From an uncultured delta proteobacterium (lineage in GTDB: Bacteria > Myxococcota_A > Polyangia > Polyangiales > Polyangiaceae): a DNA stretch of 64,000 nucleotides. The position numbers and the translations under genes were made by a program. Location of the stretch: the NCBI GenBank assembly GCA_963716725.1, contig CAVQUB010000002.1:224001-288000 (forward strand). The letters run 5' to 3'. Of this stretch, positions 54,285 through 64,000 are shown piece after piece. Under the pieces are notes generated by a model, which was not told the origin of the DNA, made no database searches, and saw nothing but the letters and a program-made list of their open reading frames with translations. The stretch's first letter is position 1; every line of letters begins with the position of its first letter.

Positions 54285-55286
54285 ATGAGCATAAAGCGCA
54301 AAAAGCGACGCGACGACAAGGTCATCCATGTCGTCTTCGGTCCGGGAGGCGGCCGCGTCCAAACCAAGCAGCGACGCGCCCCCAGCGAGAAACGCGACGC
54401 GGCCGCGCCGAGCCGGGAGCCGCTGACCGACCTGTTCACCCAGAGTGAGATCGCACGCCTCCTCACCATCTCGCCCGCTCGCTTGCGCACCCTGGACAAG
54501 ACCGGCGTGGTGACGCCCACGGGGCGACGGCGGGGTCGCCGGGCCTACACCTTCTCGGATCTGATCGCGCTGCGGACGGCGGCAGCGCTGTTGGAGCAGA
54601 ACGTGCGACTGCGTGACGTGACCCGTGCGGTGGGCGCGCTCAAGCGAACGCTGCCGCGAGTCGCGCGTCCGCTGGCGGAGCTGCGCATCGTGTCCGACGG
54701 TCAGCGCGTGGTGGTTCGGAGCCACGACGGCGCATTCGAACCGTTGACGGGGCAGATGGTTCTCGACTTCGAGGTGAAATCTCTCCGCGACGACGTGGTG
54801 CGGGTGCTTCGCCCCTCCGCCGGCCGGGAGCGATCACGCACGGCCTACGAGCTGTACCTGCGCGCGAGCCAACTCGACGAAGATCCATCGACCATGGATC
54901 AGGCGGAGGCTCTCTACCTGCAGGCGATAGAGCTCGACCCGTGGCTGGCCATTGCCTACACGAACCTCGGCAACGTTCGCTTCCGGCGCAGCGACGCCGA
55001 AGCTGCAGAAGTGCTCTATCGCCGCGCCCTCGAAATCGATGGGCGCCAGCCCGAGGCCCAGTACAACCTGGGCTACGTCATGCTCGAGCGGGGCCTGCCG
55101 GAGCTCAGCATCCCGCTCTTTCACGGCGCGCTCGAGAGCGACGCCAACTTCGCCGACGCCTACTTCAACCTGGCGATGGCCTACGAGCAGGTGGGCGAAA
55201 CCGGCAAGGCTCGTCCATATTGGAAGAGCTACATCTCCCTCGAGCCCCAGGGCACCTGGACCGAGATCGCCAAGCGCCACCTGTAG
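54285..55286 (+). CDS. MerR-type HTH + TPR repeat protein
   Basis: 'FTQSEIARLL.ISPARLRTL...YTFSDL' MerR HTH; 'GQMVLDF'; C-terminal TPRs (AYTNLG, AQYNLG, AYFNLA). Confidence 0.85.
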   Translation: MSIKRKKRRDDKVIHVVFGPGGGRVQTKQRRAPSEKRDAAAPSREPLTDLFTQSEIARLLTISPARLRTLDKTGVVTPTGRRRGRRAYTFSDLIALRTAAALLEQNVRLRDVTRAVGALKRTLPRVARPLAELRIVSDGQRVVVRSHDGAFEPLTGQMVLDFEVKSLRDDVVRVLRPSAGRERSRTAYELYLRASQLDEDPSTMDQAEALYLQAIELDPWLAIAYTNLGNVRFRRSDAEAAEVLYRRALEIDGRQPEAQYNLGYVMLERGLPELSIPLFHGALESDANFADAYFNLAMAYEQVGETGKARPYWKSYISLEPQGTWTEIAKRHL

Positions 55287-55309
55287 CCTCGGCCTGGGAC
55301 CGCCCGCCG

Positions 55310-56148
55310 CTAGCCGAGCACGCGGTGCCTCAGGCTCGGGAGATTCGCCCTCACCCGCGCGAGCACCTGCGGATCCAACTCGGCGAGCGCGACGCCCGCG
55401 CCGTCGGAGGCCTCGGCGATGACCGTGCCCCAAGGATCGGCCACCAAGGAGTGACCGTAGGTCGTGCGTCCCTTGGGGTGAGACCCCCACTGCGCCGCGG
55501 CGACCACGAAGCACTGTGCCTCGATGGCTCGCGCGCGCAGCAGCACGTGCCAGTGATCCTTGCCCGTCAAGAGCGTGAAGGCCGCGGGCACCAGCAGCAC
55601 CTCGGCGCCGCGATCGGCGAGCGCGCGATACAGCTCGGGGAAGCGCAGGTCGTAGCAGATGCTGAGACCGAGCTTGTACCCGAGCACGTCCACCACCACC
55701 GGCTCGCGCCCGGCGGTGGTGGCCACCGACTCGCTGATCTCGCTGCCGTCGGGCAAGCGCACGTCGAAGAGGTGGATCTTGCGGTAGCTGCCCAGGAGTT
55801 CGCCTCTGGATCCGATACACAGCGCAGAGTGTTGAAGGGGCGCTCTGGATCGCCGCTCTGCTCGGGAAAGCCACCGGCGACGAGCACCACCTTGCTGTCG
55901 CGCGCCATCTCGGAGAGCGCGCGCTGGATCGGCGCCGCGCCCTCACCCAGCTCCTCGGCCAGGCTCCGCTTGTCGGCCTCGGGGCCCATGAACGCGAAGT
56001 TCTCGGGCAGGAGCACCACCTGGGCGCCGCGCTGGGCCGCGTGGCGTACCCAGTGCCCGCAGCGCTCGAGGTTGTCGCCCACCTCTTCCTGGCTCTGGAG
56101 TTGCACCGCGGCGATTCGCAGCGGCTCCCTCGCGTTGGTCCCGGTCAT
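55310..56148 (-). CDS. Carbon-nitrogen hydrolase (Nit1/deaminated glutathione amidase-like), frameshifted near 55.8 kb
   Basis: [38 protein letters not shown]...DPWG. Confidence 0.9.
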
Positions 56149-56261
56149 CGCGCCCGAGCATAGCCGCGTCGGGTCGGGCGGATGGCACGAAACCGGGGCC
56201 GGCGCGCTCCAGGCTGGTTTCGCCGTCCAAGGGTCGGTACGCTCGCCTTCGAGTCCGCGCC

Positions 56262-57686
56262 ATGAGCGAAAAGACCACGGGAGCAATGGCCGAATTCGGC
56301 ACGCCCCCCTCACCCAACCGAGGCGGACCGGTAGCCGGCCTCGTCCTGCTCTACGCGGAGAGCTACGCGGAGCTTCCCCCGGTGTGGCTCCTCGACAAAG
56401 ACCACATGCGCATCGGCCGGGACGAGGGCACCGACATCCGCATGGGCGTCAACGCGGTGTCCCGGGTGCACGCGGAGCTCGATTGGACCAACGGCGCGTG
56501 GGTGCTCCGCGACTGCGGCAGCCGAAATGGAACCCTGGTAGACGGTCGGCGCATCGACGTCGTGGAACTCGAGCCATCGAACGAAGTCCGGATCGGCGAC
56601 GCGATCTTGAAGTTCGTGGACAAACACGCCGAAGCCCACGCCGACTACCGCATCGACGGCGCAATGGTGCCCTCCGCGGAGCGTCGGGGCCCGAGCGACG
56701 GCGCGCTGATCGGCGGCTATCAGATCGATCGCATCGCGGCAGATCTCGGCCGAATCGCTCCCACGCCCCTGAGCGTGATGCTCTTGGGCGAGAGCGGGAC
56801 CGGCAAGGAGGTCGTGGCACGCGAGCTGCATCGCCTGAGCGGGCGGCGCGGGACCTTTGCCGCCGTGAACTGCGCCGCCATCCCCGCGACCCTGCTCGAG
56901 AGCGAGCTCTTCGGCTACAAGCGTGGCGCGTTCTCCGGCGCGGATCGCGACAAGCCCGGCCTGATCAGCAGCGCGCACGACGGCACGCTCCTGCTCGACG
57001 AGATCGGCGACATGCCGCTCGACGCGCAGGCGAAGCTGCTGCGCGTGTTGCAGGCGAAAGAAGTGTTCCCGCTCGGCGCCACCGCTCCCGAACGCGTCGA
57101 CGTGCGCGTCGTCTGCGCGACGCACCGCGACCTGTGGCGACTCCAGCAAGGAGGCGCCTTCCGTCAGGACCTGTTCGCACGACTCAACGAGTACCAGCTG
57201 CGCCTGCCCGCGCTGCGCGATCGCAAAGAAGACATCTTCATGTTGGTGCGCGCATTCTTGGCTCGCCACGGCCGGCCCGAGCTGACTCCGTCGTTCGGGT
57301 TCATGACCGCAGCCCTTCAGTACGACTGGCCGTACAACGTGCGCGAGCTCGAGGCCTGCATGAAGCGCTGCGTGGCGCTGAGCGAGTCGACGGTGCTCGG
57401 CGACCAGCTCTTGCCCGCGCCGGTGATCGAGTCCATGGAGGACTACGGGGGAGCGCTGAAGGCCGGCGGCGCGCCGAGTTCCGACAGCTTGCCACCGGCA
57501 GCGGCCAGCGCTCCGGCGGCGCCCCGGGGACAGATCCCCACCGACGTCGAACTCCGCGCCCTGCTCGAGCAGCACCAGGGCAACGTGGCGGCGGTGGGAC
57601 GCCAACTCGGCAAAGCTCGCATGCAGGTCCACCGTTGGATGAAGCGTTACGGGATCCAGGTCGACGACTTTCGTCGCACGACCTGA
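56262..57686 (+). CDS. FHA-domain sigma54-dependent transcriptional activator (Fis family)
   Basis: FHA 'IGR...VSRVH...SRNGT'; [34 protein letters not shown]-terminal HTH. Confidence 0.93.
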   Translation: MSEKTTGAMAEFGTPPSPNRGGPVAGLVLLYAESYAELPPVWLLDKDHMRIGRDEGTDIRMGVNAVSRVHAELDWTNGAWVLRDCGSRNGTLVDGRRIDVVELEPSNEVRIGDAILKFVDKHAEAHADYRIDGAMVPSAERRGPSDGALIGGYQIDRIAADLGRIAPTPLSVMLLGESGTGKEVVARELHRLSGRRGTFAAVNCAAIPATLLESELFGYKRGAFSGADRDKPGLISSAHDGTLLLDEIGDMPLDAQAKLLRVLQAKEVFPLGATAPERVDVRVVCATHRDLWRLQQGGAFRQDLFARLNEYQLRLPALRDRKEDIFMLVRAFLARHGRPELTPSFGFMTAALQYDWPYNVRELEACMKRCVALSESTVLGDQLLPAPVIESMEDYGGALKAGGAPSSDSLPPAAASAPAAPRGQIPTDVELRALLEQHQGNVAAVGRQLGKARMQVHRWMKRYGIQVDDFRRTT

Positions 57687-57687
57687 G

Positions 57688-58407
57688 TCAGGGGCACGCA
57701 TCGGCGCCGCTCGCGCCCACAATGGCGCAAGCGCGCGGGGCCTCGACGCAGGCTCCGTCCACGCAGGCGCGGACCAAGTAGCGGGCGCGCCCGTCCGGAC
57801 ACACGCAGCAACTCTGACTGCATACGGACGCCGCCGTGCACGCAGCGCCGACCGGCGCGCGAGGGGCCACGCTGGGGCACGGGTCGCAGCCCGCACGCAC
57901 GACCTCCGCCAAGAGCGCAGCTCCACCAGCGTCGCGATCGACCAGGCTGACGACGCCCGCGTGGCGGCAGGGCGCGCGGCAGCGCTCGAGGGCAGCGTGC
58001 TCCGCCGAACACTTCGCGAGCCCCTCGCCTCGCTCGAGGCATAGCGGCGCGCTGCAAGCCGCGCTGCAGTCCAGCCGCTGACCCGCCACGCACCCAAGGT
58101 AGGCTCGCCGCTCCCGCTCGCAGCCCGCCCGAGTCGCGCTCCGGCTCTCGACCACGCAGTGCTCGACGCACGCGCTCAGGTCCCGGGGCCTGGAGCCATC
58201 GCGGTCGCAGCCGCTCCCGGTCAGGACGGCGCAGGCCTCGCCGCAACGCTCCGTCGACCCGGCGGGGTCCTGCCGAGCCGCCGGGTTCGAGCGGCAGCCG
58301 GGGGCGACGACCGCCGCCAGGACGGCCCACGCGAACCCGATCCGTCGAGCGCGGCGGCTGGGGCAGGGCGGAGGGGGTGAGGGCATTTGCGCGGCTTTTC
58401 GGGACAA
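57688..58407 (-). CDS. Cys-rich lipoprotein
   Basis: Hydrophobic stretch plus 'VAPGC' lipobox; many Cys; start uncertain. Confidence 0.55.
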   Translation of the reverse strand: MSRKAAQMPSPPPPCPSRRARRIGFAWAVLAAVVAPGCRSNPAARQDPAGSTERCGEACAVLTGSGCDRDGSRPRDLSACVEHCVVESRSATRAGCERERRAYLGCVAGQRLDCSAACSAPLCLERGEGLAKCSAEHAALERCRAPCRHAGVVSLVDRDAGGAALLAEVVRAGCDPCPSVAPRAPVGAACTAASVCSQSCCVCPDGRARYLVRACVDGACVEAPRACAIVGASGADACP

Positions 58408-58504
58408 CTTGAGACGGAACTCATCCTAGGCTACCCGGACGCTCGCGATTTCGAGTAGATGGCTCGCCAGGTTGAGCGGCCAGCCGCTCCTTTTTCGGCC
58501 CTCG

Positions 58505-61188
<2,684 letters not shown>

Positions 61189-61206
61189 CGGGACGAGGCA
61201 ACTCCG

Positions 61207-64000
<2,794 letters not shown>

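Noticed and set aside
42454..57781. Very long alternative-frame or antisense ORFs (e.g. 42454-44898 -, 46892-48562 -, 54941-57781 +, also 11998-13878 +)
   Set aside because: Arg/Ala/Gly/Pro-rich shadow ORFs expected in high-GC DNA; they overlap well-supported genes and carry no motifs.

Overview
High-GC chromosomal window from a myxobacterium. The gene content (PEGA/TPR proteins, MYXO-CTERM, AgmX/PglI-like and Cys-rich lipoproteins, FHA-sigma54 activator) points to Polyangiaceae/Sorangiineae. Most of it is core genome: acs, acyl-CoA dehydrogenase, moeB, pilB-pilT, purF, HMG-CoA lyase, yceD-rpmF-fabH-fabD-fabG-acpP-fabF-nrdR-ribD-def, bamA and a truncated gyrA, interspersed with myxobacterial lipoproteins. 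Several blocks (about 25.8-35 kb, 37.1 kb, 53.8 kb, 55.8 kb and 59.2-64 kb) carry many single-base indels that break essential genes. These are almost certainly long-read or consensus errors. I saw no rRNA, tRNA, CRISPR array or transposase. The most unusual region is a ~1.9 kb islet at 19.9-21.8 kb, bracketed by a 38-bp direct repeat (36/38 identical). It carries a translationally coupled secreted-protein/lipoprotein pair behind a TTGACA...G16...TACCCT promoter (candidate phase-variable switch) and a stand-alone nucleotidyltransferase. It ends in a 43-bp exact copy of internal moeB coding sequence, giving a repeat...dup/repeat...dup geometry. Other points of interest are a stand-alone FHA-CpaF/TadA protein with all ATPase motifs degenerate, a pervasive TAnnnT-N7-10-start pattern suggesting leaderless mRNAs, an unannotated small antisense ORF, a plant/amoeba-type acetylornithine deacetylase and an AUR1-like lipid phosphotransferase.
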